64,000 bases of DNA from the human T2T-CHM13v2.0 reference genome, Homo sapiens: assembly GCF_009914755.1 (NCBI RefSeq), contig NC_060938.1; one strand, written 5' to 3'. Shown piece by piece: positions 13,791 through 26,585 of the stretch. A model generated the notes under the pieces. It saw only the letters and a program-made list of their open reading frames with translations, did not search any database and was not told the origin of the DNA. The translations under genes and the position numbers were made by a program. Numbering within the stretch: position 1 is the first letter of the stretch; each line of letters begins with the position of its first letter.

Positions 13791-15014
13791 CAGAGGTAAA
13801 TTCTAGGAGCCCAAAGAAGCAGCGGACCCTGGCTGGGTTAAGGCCCAGGGGCAGAAAAGGCTTTCAGGGAGCTTAGGTGAGTCTCGAAGATGACCAGACA
13901 TGGACAGGAGGGAACCAGCAGCCTAGACAGGAACCAGTGTGTGCAGGCACCAGAGGTGAGAGCGTGCACCAGCAGGATTGCACTGACTGATGGCAGGAAG
14001 GAGCCACGCTGGAGTCATGGCAGCCCGCTGCATTCATTGGCACTTGTGGGTGACTATAAATATGTGTCCTGTGGAAAAAGCCAAGGAGAAATGAATAAAT
14101 CTGTCTGGAAAATAAAACCAATGTACTAGTTAGCTCAGAAATTCAACCATGCCAAACATCTCTGCTTCTTCCATGAGTTTAGTGTGATTTAATAATATGA
14201 CATGGACAGGCTTTATGCTGAAGCACTCTTTGTCTTTCTCTTGCTGTAATCTTTGTCCAAATAGTGCCAAGCAGTATGGATGCTTCTGGAACATTCTAGC
14301 ACCTTAATGCTTCCCCAGCAGTGATTGACATCAGTAAACTCTCGGATGGTAAGTGCTACAAGACTCTCCTCCAGGTGACAAATCCAGAATGACTTTTTGA
14401 ATAAGAGAATCTGAAAAACTCCCAAAGCACCTCGTTGATTCGCTGCCACCGATTCTTACTGAATTTCGTCAGCTTATCCTCTGAAGCTTGATGATGCATC
14501 AGATATTGACCCTGGCATAGCAGAGTTAAGCAATTAATAATAGCTAACAATTAAGAGCTCAGTTGTTGTTTATTTAACAATCTAGGAAACCTGGCTTCTA
14601 CTGAGTATTAGGCCATGTAGACATTAGGGATCTGGAGATTAGTAAACCATTGTCCCTTCCTTCTTCCAAAGCTCACAGCTTCTCCCTATGCATAACCCTA
14701 TTGGCTACACCCTATCCCAGACACTTCTGCCTCTTTGCCCTCTCCCACTCCAATTCTCTCACTCTCCTTTCTCTCTCCTACTCCTTTCTCTCTCTCTCTC
14801 TGAAAACATTTAAGATATGTGTTTTATCCTCAGGGTTTCAAATGTCACATTGGCATGTCTAGGAATAGATCATTCTTCATTCATTCTCCTCCCTCTGGGA
14901 AAACTCATTCAATCCAATTACTGACATATCTTTTCAGCGTTGCGGAAAAAAAATCTATCTGTGTGACCATTTCTGACTCATTTTTTTCTTTGCTTTCAGT
15001 AACTCATATATGGC

Positions 15015-15519
15015 TGTCGTTGGCAGAATAATGGTCATCCAAAGATGTTCACGCTCTAATTCCCAGAACCTGTGCATGTGCTAGGTTGTGTGGCAAAGGG
15101 GAGTTCGGGTTGCAAATGGAATTGAGGTTGCTAATCAGCTCTCCTTAATGTAGGAAGAGTGTCCTGAATTACCCAGGTGGGCCCAATGGAGTCATGAGAT
15201 CCTGAAGAGCGAATGGGGGAGTCAGGAGAGGAAGTCACAGGATGGAAATATGAGGACTCAAACTGCTGTTGCTGGCCTTGAAGATGGAAGAAGGGGCCAC
15301 AAGCCAAGAATTATAGGTAGCCTCTAGAAACTGAAGAAGGTAAGAAAACGGATTCTCCCCTAGATCTTCCAGGAAAAATGCAGCCCAGCAACACCTGACT
15401 TTTAGTCCAGTGAGGCACAAGTTGGAGTTCTAATCCACAGGACTGTAAGATAATAAATCTGTGTCACGTGAAGCCACTATTTGTGTACTTTGTCACAGGT
15501 ACAGTAGGAAACTCATTCA
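15015..15519 (+). mobile_element. MLT1D solo LTR
   Basis: ggcagaataatgg...gttgctaatcagct...ccttgaagatggaag...ctgtaagataataaat...ggaaactcattca. Confidence 0.9.
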
Positions 15520-15539
15520 CTGGGACTCTTGGATTAATG

Positions 15540-15900
15540 CTCTACAGCTCTTATAATTCCTATCAATATTCTTATTTATTTAGGAGTTGTCTTTGACTTT
15601 AACTTCTGCCATTTCTATCCAGCTATTTCATTTTATTGGTTTGACATTTAATAAAGAGTTTTCTTTCTTCTTTTCTTTTACTGTGGCATTTTTTTCTTGT
15701 TTTATTGATGCAATATCATTTCAAAGAACTTCAAGCCTAGAGGCGATTGCTTCTGAATTTTCTCTGATTTATTTCCAGATTGCATGTTGATCTTAATCTC
15801 TTTCTTTTGTTACACTGGTTTCCTTCAGATGTTTAGTGGCGTTTGGTTATCTCTCCATATTTAAGCATGAAGAACATGGTTTATTCTTCTAGGTAGATAG
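15540..15900 (-). mobile_element. Ancient L1/HAL1-like fragment
   Basis: T-rich strand bias with L1 ORF1-like degenerate motifs. Confidence 0.4.
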
Positions 15901-16349
15901 CAATCCCCAGAGGAGATTTGGACTGTCCCCTGGTCATCTGTGCACTGTTCAATGAGAGGCCATTGACACTGCTAAGTGACAGGCTGGCAGAGTGGACAGG
16001 AAAAGGGAGGTAGAGAGTTGAGTCTTCTCCAGGTTCCCCTCCCTCCTGGGAATGCCAGTGGTTGGCAATTTGCAGAACATCTCAGAGAAAACACAATCTT
16101 GGGGACAAATTAAATGTAGTTTACACAGTCTTAGAACCTGGGCTTCGAACAAGAGTATGAATAACAACAACAACAACTAGCCTTCTTCACTATCATTAAG
16201 AGAGCTCAGGCAAGAAGAGACCTCCTTGTCATAAAAGTGCACCACAGTGGGACACAGAGAAGGTCCATGTCCTTGATGAGGAAAAAAAGACTTGGTAGTA
16301 TTTTTATAGATCATATGACAGCAGCCAGTACTGCAAACTATACACAGTT

Positions 16350-16670
16350 CTCACGTCAGCCCCTAGTACAGTGCCTGGCATGGAGTTGATATTCAATGAT
16401 GTATTTATTGAATAAATAATTCCAATGGTAGGTTTAATTGTTATTTAATATTTAAATAATATTATTAATTAAATAGGCACACATATGAATCCTAGGTCTA
16501 CCACTTGCTAGTGGGGTGACCCTAGGCAACTTGCTTACCATTTCTGAGCTTCAGAATCATGTGGGTGATAATACTTTCCATGTAGGGATGTTGTGAGGAT
16601 GAACTTGAGTTTGAAATAGTTAGCTCAGCACTTGACATTGATAGGTGCTCAGTAATAATGGCTAGTGCTC
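16350..16670 (+). mobile_element. L2 3' end (about 16350-16420) followed by MIR (about 16480-16670)
   Basis: cctagtacagtgcctggca...ttgaataaat; ccacttgctagtggggtgaccctaggcaac. Confidence 0.75.
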
Positions 16671-17209
16671 ATTTCAGCGGAAAACTACATATAGTTAGGG
16701 GTAGGTATCAAGGCCCAGTAGAGACTGCCTGATTCTGATTCCTGGAGACAGAAAAATCAGGACAGTATTCCAACATAGAGAATTGTTATAATAGATCTTT
16801 TTCTCTCATTTTCATCTAAATACGCTTCATGTTTTCAGCGCACAAAATGGGAGCTCAGGAATGATGACCCCACAGCAGGTAGAATGGGACGCAGAGTTCT
16901 TTCCAGACCCCTCACCCACCCCACTGGCAAACACCTTTCACTCACATCTGTCAGAGGAAGAAGAGGGCTCAGACATCACCCCATTTGGCTTTATAGAGGA
17001 GATCTCAACAGAAGGGAATGAGTATTTCTTGAGCAACTACTAGCCCCTCAGGAAAGCTCTCGGACTGTATTCTGTGACTTTGCAGCACATGGCAACAGAT
17101 TGTTGAATCTCTAGAAGCCAGAATTCTGAATTTCATTTAGCATTTAATTAACTGGAATAGACCAAGAACTGCATGGCAGCCCCCTGATTGCAATCTGTGG
17201 ATGGATGGG

Positions 17210-17475
17210 CATTTTTATCTGAAAATAATGACCAGCTTATCTTCTGTCGTGCAGCGATCACACATGATATGTATCTCTAGTTATCTCACCCAATCAAACA
17301 CAGGAAGTTTATTAAGATTCTATCATTCGAAGTTATCACCAACTATAGGATTTTTTATCTGAATGTGCTTGTGTACAATACCGTATTTTGCCTAAGAGAC
17401 CCTCAGGGAGAATAAGAGAAGGAACGTTATCATTTATGAATATGCTATGACTCTGCAGTCAATGACTAAGCAACT
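17210..17475. promoter_or_regulatory. Candidate GATA/NF-E2/ETS enhancer
   Basis: YTATCW at 17215, 17237, 17281, 17320, 17333, 17355, 17427; caggaagt 17301; TGACnnnGCA at 17448 and 17463. Confidence 0.5.
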
Positions 17476-17542
17476 TAAGGAGTACGGCCACCCAGATGAC
17501 TCTAATAACCAGATCACTTTAAAAGATGTCTATTAACTCTCC

Positions 17543-17631
17543 TTTCTTTCCATGTTTATGCTATGGAATAGAATAGCATAGCAAAAGTGGTTTCAATTCT
17601 ATTCTATAGAATAGAATAGCATGGAAAGAAA
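17543..17631. repeat. Nested inverted repeats
   Basis: tttctttccatg 17543-17554 / catggaaagaaa 17620-17631; perfect 22-bp palindrome attctattctatagaatagaat 17596-17617. Confidence 0.92.
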
Positions 17632-19027
17632 TCAGTGTGATCCTATAGTAAGAAGGAAAAAAAAACTATTGCTTAGGTAAGTAACTGAAAATGCAAGCCA
17701 GATGGTTCCATATTTTGCTAAAAGTAGGCTCTGAGCTTCCTAGAGGCCACAGAAAAAGAGCAATGTGATCAATTCTGAGATTTGTGGAGCCCCTAAAATG
17801 ACTGCTATCCATTATTTATGAGAAGACAGTTATCATTCAGGTCGGTTATACATAGTAAATTCAGAAAAAGAAAATTCACTCCCTTAAACATCAGATATTA
17901 ATTTATACAATCAATAAATCGTTTTTGAATTCTCACTTATGCCACTTGCCCTATTGGTGCTGGGTTTTCAGTGCTGAATCAGACTTACCTCCCCTCTTAG
18001 TGTGGACAAGCCACTCCATTGAACAAAGGGGCAGTAAGACTGCCACAGAATGTGGGAGTGCTTCCACGGAGGTGTGCACAGCACCCACCAAGGACCCAGG
18101 GCTTAGGCTGATCTCCCCTACTTTGTGCAATTGGGGTTATTTTCACAGGCAAGACAGAACTTTACAAGAGAAATTCATCATCTAGGAGATGAGGAAGGCA
18201 ATGCAATGGAAGGCACCAAGGTAAGAAAACAATTCTGCATCATAACTAATGTCCACATGAGGGGTTGTTGATAAGTGTCAGCTGCTCTTCCCAGGCTGAA
18301 AGCTCCTTGAAACCACTTTGGCTTTGCTCTTCAACGTCACGCTCCCAGCACCAGCACAGGACCTCACATGCAGTAGATGCCAAACGGGTTCTTGCAGAAA
18401 GAGTGATGGAAGCAAGAGACACACCAAGGAAAGCAATGGCAATCTGGAGGTGCAAAAGATGTCGTTGGTACTTGGACAACCAGGATTACCTGTTTGCCTT
18501 AAGTTTTCATCTAAATAAATTGAGCAGCACTGCTGTTCTTTTGAGGCTATTCAGAGAACCACAAGGAGAATTGCTGCAATTTTTCTAGAGACCTCTGGAG
18601 TTTACAAAACTGTTCACATCCTTGGTCTTAGTTGATGCCCACAACCATCTGGTAGGGGAAATAGCAGCCTGGTGGGAGAGAAGCCTGGATATAAATCTGG
18701 AAGAAATTCTACTTTAACTTTTCCCATGATATATTGTTCTTGGGGTGCATATCTGCCTCCCCTGCTGAGGCTGTGAGTTTTCTGAGCCCAAGACAGCATC
18801 TGCATTTTTATAGCAAATTCTGAAAGTGTTGAGCAGAATCTGAGTTGTACCACAACTGGGAGCTGTGTGAGCCCTGGGCAAATAATTAAACCTCTCTGAG
18901 TTTTAAATCCTTCCGTTTTCAAATACAGACTCAGGGGATAAATTAAGTCAAAACACAGTTGCAAGTCACCTTATGTCCCCAAATTCATATACCTTTCCTA
19001 CAATCTTTAATCACCCCTTCTCCATCT

Positions 19028-19338
19028 TTTTTTTTTCTTTTTTTTTTTTTTTTGTCAGAGAGTCTTACTTTGTTGCCCAGGCTGGAGTTCAGCGGTATGA
19101 TCACAGCTCACTGTAGCCTTGACCTCCTGGGATCAAGCGATTCTCCCACCTCAGCCTCCTGAGTAGCTGGGACTACAGGTGTGCACCAACACGCCCTGTT
19201 AATTTTTGTACTTTTTTTGTGGAAACGGGGTTTCTCCCTGTTGTCCAGGCTGTTCTCAAACTCCTCAGCTTAAGCAATCTGCCCTCCTCAACCTCCCAAA
19301 GTACTGAGATTACAGGTGTGAGCCACCATGCCCAGCCC
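19028..19338 (-). mobile_element. AluJ (Jo-like)
   Basis: Full dimer with T-tail; gatcacagctcactgtagccttgacctcctggg. Confidence 0.95.
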
Positions 19339-19779
19339 CACTCTCCATTGTTGAAACTCTCCTTACTTACCTGAGAGCAGTCTTGAAAGACTCTGCTCCT
19401 GCACTTGCATTTCTTTCTCCCTATTCCTATACAAATAATAGTGTGCAAGCTCCCCATGGGCTCTCCGTCTTCCACCTTCAACATCTCTCCAGGGCTGCAG
19501 GACTCCCATCGTTCTCAGCATTCTCCTTGTCTTCCTGACTCTTTACCTAGCCTGGAGACCTATCTCCCTAATTTTTCTACCTTCCCTTTCTAGAGCCATG
19601 GGGGCCACTTTGAACACTCCAGGCTCTGCCTCCTGGCTCCATAACTCTTCACTATTACCTCGAAACCTCTGACAACAGCTCCTCCTCGGCACTCATTAAC
19701 TTGGCTTCTCCATTAATTCATTAGCACTCGGGAGCCCTGGCATGATCTTTCTCTTCCTCCCGCCGTCTCTATCCTTACA

Positions 19780-20070
19780 AATTTCATTTCTGAGGTTTCT
19801 CTCACATTCCGTTTATTGTGACATCATTTATGAAGTTCTCCCTCGACAGGAGAGGAGAGAAAAAAATAACTATATATCATTTTAAATTGCTCTGGTTGGT
19901 AACTCTACATTTTAAGCATATCAAGGAAAAGAAGTGTCTAATGACAGGGCTACAAGTGGATAAAGAGCTGACAGGGTAATTGCACTACCAGATGCTTCCA
20001 TACACCAGTTAGCTGCTTCCCGGGCCTATTTGAAGCAACGGGTGTCAGGTCAGTAATTAGGCTCTTGCAG
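19780..20070. promoter_or_regulatory. Candidate conserved non-coding element
   Basis: Repeat-free; two TGACAG motifs, catttatga, taattg, taatta. Conservation not tested. Confidence 0.3.
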
Positions 20071-20609
20071 ACAAACTGGAAGTGCCATCTGATCTCCTAT
20101 GAACACCCCCATCACTCCCATGTATGCCAAGTTCAATATGAAACACAACGTCACCATCCTTTTCCCTCAAGGCTGCCAGAAGTTCCCAGGGACATCTCCC
20201 CCCTTCACTCTCACACGAGCTAATGAAGTCAGTGCTTCCCCCACCTGTCAAAGAACTTGCTCCTCAGATGGCAGTACGAGGGTGCCCATCTATAACGACA
20301 ACGCCCAATAGCAGCCTTGATTCTGCTTTTGATTCTTCTCTTCTGATTGTAGGCTGGCTGACATATTCACACTCGGAGCTTCTTTATGTTAATTTCTTTG
20401 TTTGATTTTCCAGTGTCGTTGGCTCTTTGGAATAGTGCAAAGGGCAGGTGAGCCTAGAGAACTGGCTGCAAGTCCCAGAGGAGCCATTTACTTGCTGTGG
20501 GGCATTGGTCGTGATCTGATGCCCGTTGGATCCGTCCCCATTTATTGACCCAGGTTGGGGTTAACGGGGAAGGAATGGGACATGGGACCAGACAGAGCCA
20601 TTGGATGAC

Positions 20610-20758
20610 TGTATAATTGGTGTTCCTGGAGAAAATAACCAAACAAACTATTCAATGCTGTCTTAAAATAAAATTTTCTGAAATAAAGACTAGAAGATTT
20701 CCATCTGCTCCAGCTCACTTTGCCCCTGTCCTTCTTCATACCATTTGTCTGTAGATAG
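20610..20758 (+). repeat. Composite dispersed copy of 26144-26224 fused to a copy of 25203-25272
   Basis: Direct by-eye alignment of both halves (see findings). Confidence 0.9.
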
Positions 20759-21024
20759 CAGAGCATGCAGGGAGGCTTTCTTGTCCATTATTCATGGTTA
20801 AGAGTCACAAGGTAGAGCAACAGCAGGTGATAACCCAGGTGGACCATCTCTGTTAGAGGGAGGGTAAAGAACTCCAATATGAAGGAGAAAAAGTGAACAG
20901 CTAATCCTTAAAAGTGTTTAAGATCAGTCATATTTGGAGAGGTCTGTCGGCAGCCTTCAGGGCCGGACTCCAGGCCAAGCGTAGTCAGGGATAGAATGCC
21001 AAACCAGGGTGAGAGAGGGCAGGA

Positions 21025-21516
21025 GAGACATCTTGAGCATCTGCTGGTTTGCCCACACAAACTCTATCTCCCCTTTTTCTGATAACGAGCATCCATGACT
21101 TCTCTTAGGAAAATTTACTCTTCCTCTCTCAGTCCATATGGTTCAGGTGAGGTTGACTTACCCCATTCCCACATACCTGGGGATGAGTGTGACTCTCACT
21201 CGGGTCCAATGGAGAAAGCACTGGAATTTGGAGGGGGGAAGGAAGCTTTCTTTCTGATGATATTGCTGAGTTTGTTCCAGCAACTAGATGAAACTAGGGG
21301 GTGGCTTAGGGGGCACCAGAAGGAGAGAGAGTCCCTAAATAGAAAGCCAACGTGGAGGAGAGATAGAAAGAAACCAAGCCTGAATAATGCTACGCAGCCC
21401 CCTGGAAGCACCATTGGACTTTACAGCTCTGGACTGCTGCAAGTCTCCTTGTATCTAGTTTAAGCCCATCTCCATTGAGTTTAATTCACTGCCAAAGGAA
21501 TAGTCCTAAATAATAA
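21025..21516 (+). mobile_element. Old MLT1 (K/L-like) LTR
   Basis: ctctcagtccatatggttcaggtgaggttgact...tttaagcccat...gtcctaaataata. Confidence 0.65.
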
Positions 21517-21769
21517 GGTTGAATAGAGCTCATTCCTAAAGCAATTAGGTAGTGGTCAGTTCCATAAGAACTCTCAGAAACTTCAGCTAAAACTAAAAAT
21601 GAGTGTGCGTCCCAGAACAAAGAAGAAACATGGTTACCCAAACTAGGACATGAAACAAGTCATCACGGGGGTTGATTCTGAGTCCCAGAGGGTCAGGGTC
21701 TTCAAATGGCTACCACTCAGGCCACAGTAGGATGGGTTTCCTTGGTGGGGCTGGGAGTGCAGCTGTGAG

Positions 21770-21915
21770 GGTGCAGACGCTGGTTTCCTTATTCACACTA
21801 AGCCAGCCTGACCCAGGAAGTTTGGACAGGCCATTTTCTTCCCTTGGCCTTGGTTTTTCCATCTGTAAAATAAAGAGGCTAGATCAGTTGCTCTTCAGAT
21901 GCCCTTCTAGGTGTG
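21770..21915 (+). mobile_element. MIR3/MIRc
   Basis: ggccttggtttttccatctgtaaaataaagaggctagatcag...cccttctag. Confidence 0.7.
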
Positions 21916-24034
21916 AAAAACCGTAGCCTCCTGCTCCCACCCGGTCCCACTGTGAAGCAGTGGCAAAACCAGAAGAGGTAACACCCAGGATGGCTGTGAG
22001 AGCCTCAGAAGGACAGTTCCTGGAACTTGAATGAAGGTTGTTTGTGAGCAGGGACTCTGACTTCTACACCCATCACGAGAATCTTCCATCTTTCTCTCAC
22101 CTTTCAATTCATCTTCCACACAGCTATCAAAGAGTAGACCCTGAAACACCAATGACATCTTCTTGTGTCTCTTATTTCTTTGACCATGCTTGGCCAAAAA
22201 TGACATTTGTTGAGTTTGAGGATGGAACATCCTGTCAGCTGAAAATTTGGAATTTTATAAAACTCCCATATATAATGCCCTTTTACATTCTTTAAAACAA
22301 AGATGTCAATGGCATCTATAAATGTTACATGGTATAATTTTATATGGTGTGAATTTTATTATCTTATTTTTATTTAAAGTTTCTATAAAATCTTTAGAGA
22401 AGCAAAGAACATGGAAAGTTAGGACGTGTATGTGTCAAGATGTGGGTATAAATGCATGACGGCCTCTCACTTTTATAGCACAGTATCATTGCCTCAATCC
22501 AATCCTGTACTGAGTATGCTATGTTGGCCGAAGTTTTTAACAGCCATGAAGAGAGAGGTTACTTGACTTCTTGATCATTGGAAAGTCCACTCAAGGTCTG
22601 GATATGGCAACACACCATCTTGATGTTGAGAACCACTGGTAATGAGATTGGCCTCCCAGAGAACTGCTGCTAGGGTGGAACCCTGGAAGCTACAGTCAGG
22701 TCCTGCAAGGAGCAGTTAGGAGAACTGCCTCTCCACCCATCCTCTTGTGTATTAATCTCCAACCTTCAGTAGGTTCACGGGTGTCTGCCCACGGTGTGGC
22801 AGGCTTAGGAGCCACGAAGCAGTCAGGTTCCCTCTCCCACCACTCTTTAATCATGAAGCCGTTTTTTCAAAGAGTGTTCTATAAATATTAGCTTTTTCAT
22901 GATGCCCTGCAGGAAACATTCTCTAGACAATCAATTTTTTGCTGGTTTCTGGACTGGATACTGAGGATACAAGTGGAAACTTCTTAGAGAAGATGGGAAC
23001 TCAAGGAACACCTTAGAGAGACAGAACCACACATAGGTAAGTTCAATATTAAGTGGCAAATGCTATGCACCAAATGCTACCAAGCTATGTACCACCAGAG
23101 GAGGTCAAGCTGAAAGTACCGTTTTAAGGTGGGGAAGTAGATATTTCTGGTGGGAGAAGGAGGAAAGCAAGTTTTTGAAAATGGTCAAATGTAACTTGAA
23201 TTTAAGCACATTTTCTTAATAATGTCTTACTAGTTTCTATCACTGAAGCTTTTGGTCACCTATGGAAATGTTTCTAATGATGATGTGAAAATAATCACTC
23301 GATTCATTTTTTTATTAAAAAACTTTTTTAAATGTTTAAGCAAATACAAAAGACTAAAGGACTGTAGAGTCACAACCCTCACCGTGCCTCCATGACAAAA
23401 GCAAAGCAGAGACTCTGCTGGCAGACACCTGTGAACCCACTGAATGCTGGAGATCAATACACAGAGGAGGGCTGGAGGGGCAGTTCTCCTAACCAGGTGG
23501 TAGGTTATCCCCTCAGCCGACACCAGATACAGCAAGAAAAGAAACTGGGTTAGGAGATGCACCATGAGGAAGTGAGAGAATGTGAAGATGAAGACAGTGT
23601 GTAATCACTCTCATTGTGTTATTTGCAATTGCTGAGTGAGTGAAAGGATGCTGTGGCCAGAGTTCAACTTTACAAAGTTTTTGAAGTTGGTTCTCTTCAG
23701 CCTAGCATAGAACATATTGATTGGAAATAGACCAAATTATTGAACCAATCAATAATAGCTATAAAAGTACAAAAAAAGCCCCTTTCTCATCCAGGCACAC
23801 TTAACAGTTCCCGTTATACACTGGTTAGTGAATGGACACTGATAATAAGTGAGCCCAGGGAAAAGTACCCATGAGGTGCCGCTAAAATAGCCACAGAGAT
23901 TAAACTCAAAGCAAAGGGCATGAGGAAAAAGAAATTACTAGGGTTTGCTGAAACTTCTACTGAATTAAAATTTTATTTTTAGACTTCACATATTGTCTAT
24001 AGAGAAAAATAGGAGGAGGAATCAGGAAGTGAAA

Positions 24035-24380
24035 CTCACTTGATTTTGAATGCAAGCTCAGTGATTTATCATCCAGGCACCTGATCTTTCATATTCTCAC
24101 TTTTCTCTTTTTCCTCTGGTAAAATGGGGTTAACAAACCTCACCTCAGCAATGTGGCCTATGTGTAGCCAGTGGTTCTTTGATTAAGATTCTAGAATTGT
24201 TTGCAAAATATAGAAGAGGTGGCAATGTCCTTCTGGAGATCCCATCCAAGAATATAAATTGTCTGGAGAAGTGTGGGCTGCAGGTTCTTGTTTGGATTTG
24301 AATTGAAATAAGCAAAGCATCAACCAAGCTCCTGGACCATCATAGGCATTCAAGCAGCTATAGTCAATATTATCATTGTT
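24035..24380 (+). mobile_element. MIR split by a 138-bp templated insertion
   Basis: 5' half ends gtaaaatggggttaacaaacctcacctcag; 3' half resumes gttcttgtttggatttgaattgaaat...cctggaccatcataggcattcaa. Confidence 0.7.
24147..24284 (+). repeat. Dispersed direct copy of 24822-24971
   Basis: 50-bp identical core tggttctttgattaagattctagaattgtttgcaaaatatagaagaggtg; about 93% identity overall. Confidence 0.97.
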
Positions 24381-25360
24381 ATGCTCAAATTCCTCCTGAC
24401 AAAACTTATTTGGGCCACATATAAATATTGATCCTACGATCCCTTGGCTCTTAGCCTAAATTCTTAAGCTAAATTTGCATCTGTCTTACAATTAAAATCG
24501 GGAGATACAGAAGCCCTAGATTATCATCTCTCTTAATCTAAAAGTCACAGGAATTGTTCATTTGAAGATGGTTAAGAAAGTACATTTTTGCTTGATGCTC
24601 AACTCTTAAACCTACCAAAAATAATAACATTTTTAAAAAGGAATGAGAATAAGAGAGAAGATGACACAAGGGAAGCACCACCACAAACTGAAAGCTATGG
24701 GACACACCTGCCAAACAACATCTAGTTTAAAACCTAGATGGTGGAGGATACTAAGCAAAGAAAAACTCCACCAGCTTGGATATCAAGCGGAGTACGTTGT
24801 CCCTAAAATGCCAACTTTTTGAGCAATGTAGCCAGTGTGTAGCCAATGTGTAGCCAATGGTTCTTTGATTAAGATTCTAGAATTGTTTGCAAAATATAGA
24901 AGAGGTGAGCAATGCCCTTCTGGAGATCTCATCCAAAAATATAAATTGTCTGAAGAAGTGTGGGCTGCAGGACTCATGGCCTCATTGTCTCTTAGCAGAT
25001 AAATATTGTGGAGGTCAAAAGGATCCCAAGAGGGAGAGCAGGTGGGAATTCAAGATGGCAGCACAGAGAATCTGCAGCCTTACTCTTAGCCACAGCAGCA
25101 TTTGAACATTAAAAACTGAGGCAACAAAAAAAAAATGCCTTGTATCTCCCAGGATACAAGACATCCTAGGTATTGTGAAGAGGATGAAAGATTCACTTTG
25201 TCAGACTTGAGGCTTCCATCTGCCCCAGCTCACTTTTCCCCGTCCTTCTTCATACCATTTGTCCGTAGGTAGGCTGAAACAAATTTTGGACATAATACAT
25301 GTTAATGATACTAAAAAAAAAAAACGAAAAGAAAAGAGATATAAAAAAGAGATAGGTAGG

Positions 25361-25649
25361 GGCAAGGTACTGTGGCTCACACCTGTAATATCAGCACTTT
25401 GGGAGGCCAAGCCAAGTGGATCGCTTAAGCCTAGGAGTACAAGACCAGCCTGGGAAAGATGGTGAAACCCTATATTTACAAAAAACAAAATTAGCTGGAT
25501 ACAGTGGCAAGTTCCTGTAGTCTGACCTACTCAGGCAGCTAAGGTGGGAGGATCACTTGAGACCAGGAAGTCAAGGCTGCAGTGAGCTGTGATTGTGCCA
25601 CTGCACTCCAGCCTAGGTGACAGAGTGAGACCCTGTCTAAGAAAAAAAA
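25361..25649 (+). mobile_element. AluJo; tail decayed into (GA)n and TA-rich microsatellite to about 25790
   Basis: ggaggatcacttgag...gtcaaggctgcagtgagctgtgatt. Confidence 0.95.
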
Positions 25650-26585
25650 GAGAGAGAGAGAGAGAGATGAACATATATATATATTTATATATCCATGCAT
25701 ATGAATATATCCATATATATTCATGTTGAATATCCATATCCATATCTATATATTTATATCTATGTAGATGACATAGATATAGATAGATATCAGGAGGAAT
25801 TACCCATAAGGATAAAAAAATAGATCACAAAATAATTATACGTAGCTTTGAGGGGATTTTTCTCTATAGAATTGAACTCAAGGAAGTTATACAATGGTGC
25901 AAAGAAGAGGTTATCAGACATAAAAACAGCTGATAATCTGGAAAAGAAAGAAATGTAAAAGAAAATGATATTAGAGATGAAAATAGTTTTGGAAACAAGA
26001 AAAAAGATAAACACAATTCAGAACCAAAAAAACTTGGAGAGTAAACTTCAGGAAATGGCACAAAGTAAAATGAAAAGAAAAGCAACAAAAATGATTACAT
26101 AGAGGATAATAACATATAAAAGAGCTAAACAAGAGCCAATAAATGTATAATTGGTGCTTCTGGAGGAAAAAAAAATCAAACAAATTATCCATGGCATCTT
26201 AAAAAAATTCTGAAATAAACACTAAAATCTACAAAACAAATAACATGTTATATTTCAGGAAAAAATAATAAAATCCCAGTACTACGACTGACCCTCAAAG
26301 AGAAACAAAACAAATCATGAAGATATCTAAACAAGAGAATCAAGTTACCCAGAATGAACCTCAGCTATTCAATGTCAGAAGAGAGTTGACCGTTCCAAAC
26401 AAAGTTTTGAGGGAAAACAATGTACTCCTAAATTGCATAGAGAGCAAGCTAGTCTTTAGCCATAAAAACAATAGAAGGTATCAAAGGATGGAGTACTTGA
26501 GGACTCTAGCAGCCCTGACTCATTCTTTTAAAATCTGCTGGACTCTAAACCCAGTTAACAATGCTGGGAATAAAAAAACAAACTT

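Noticed and set aside
13480-17850. Weak similarity between about 13640 and about 17730
   Set aside because: Best explained as two fragments of one ancient repeat family (L4-like).
20261-20275. CTCF-like tcctcagatggcagt
   Set aside because: Three mismatches in the 5' core; cannot be supported without ChIP data.
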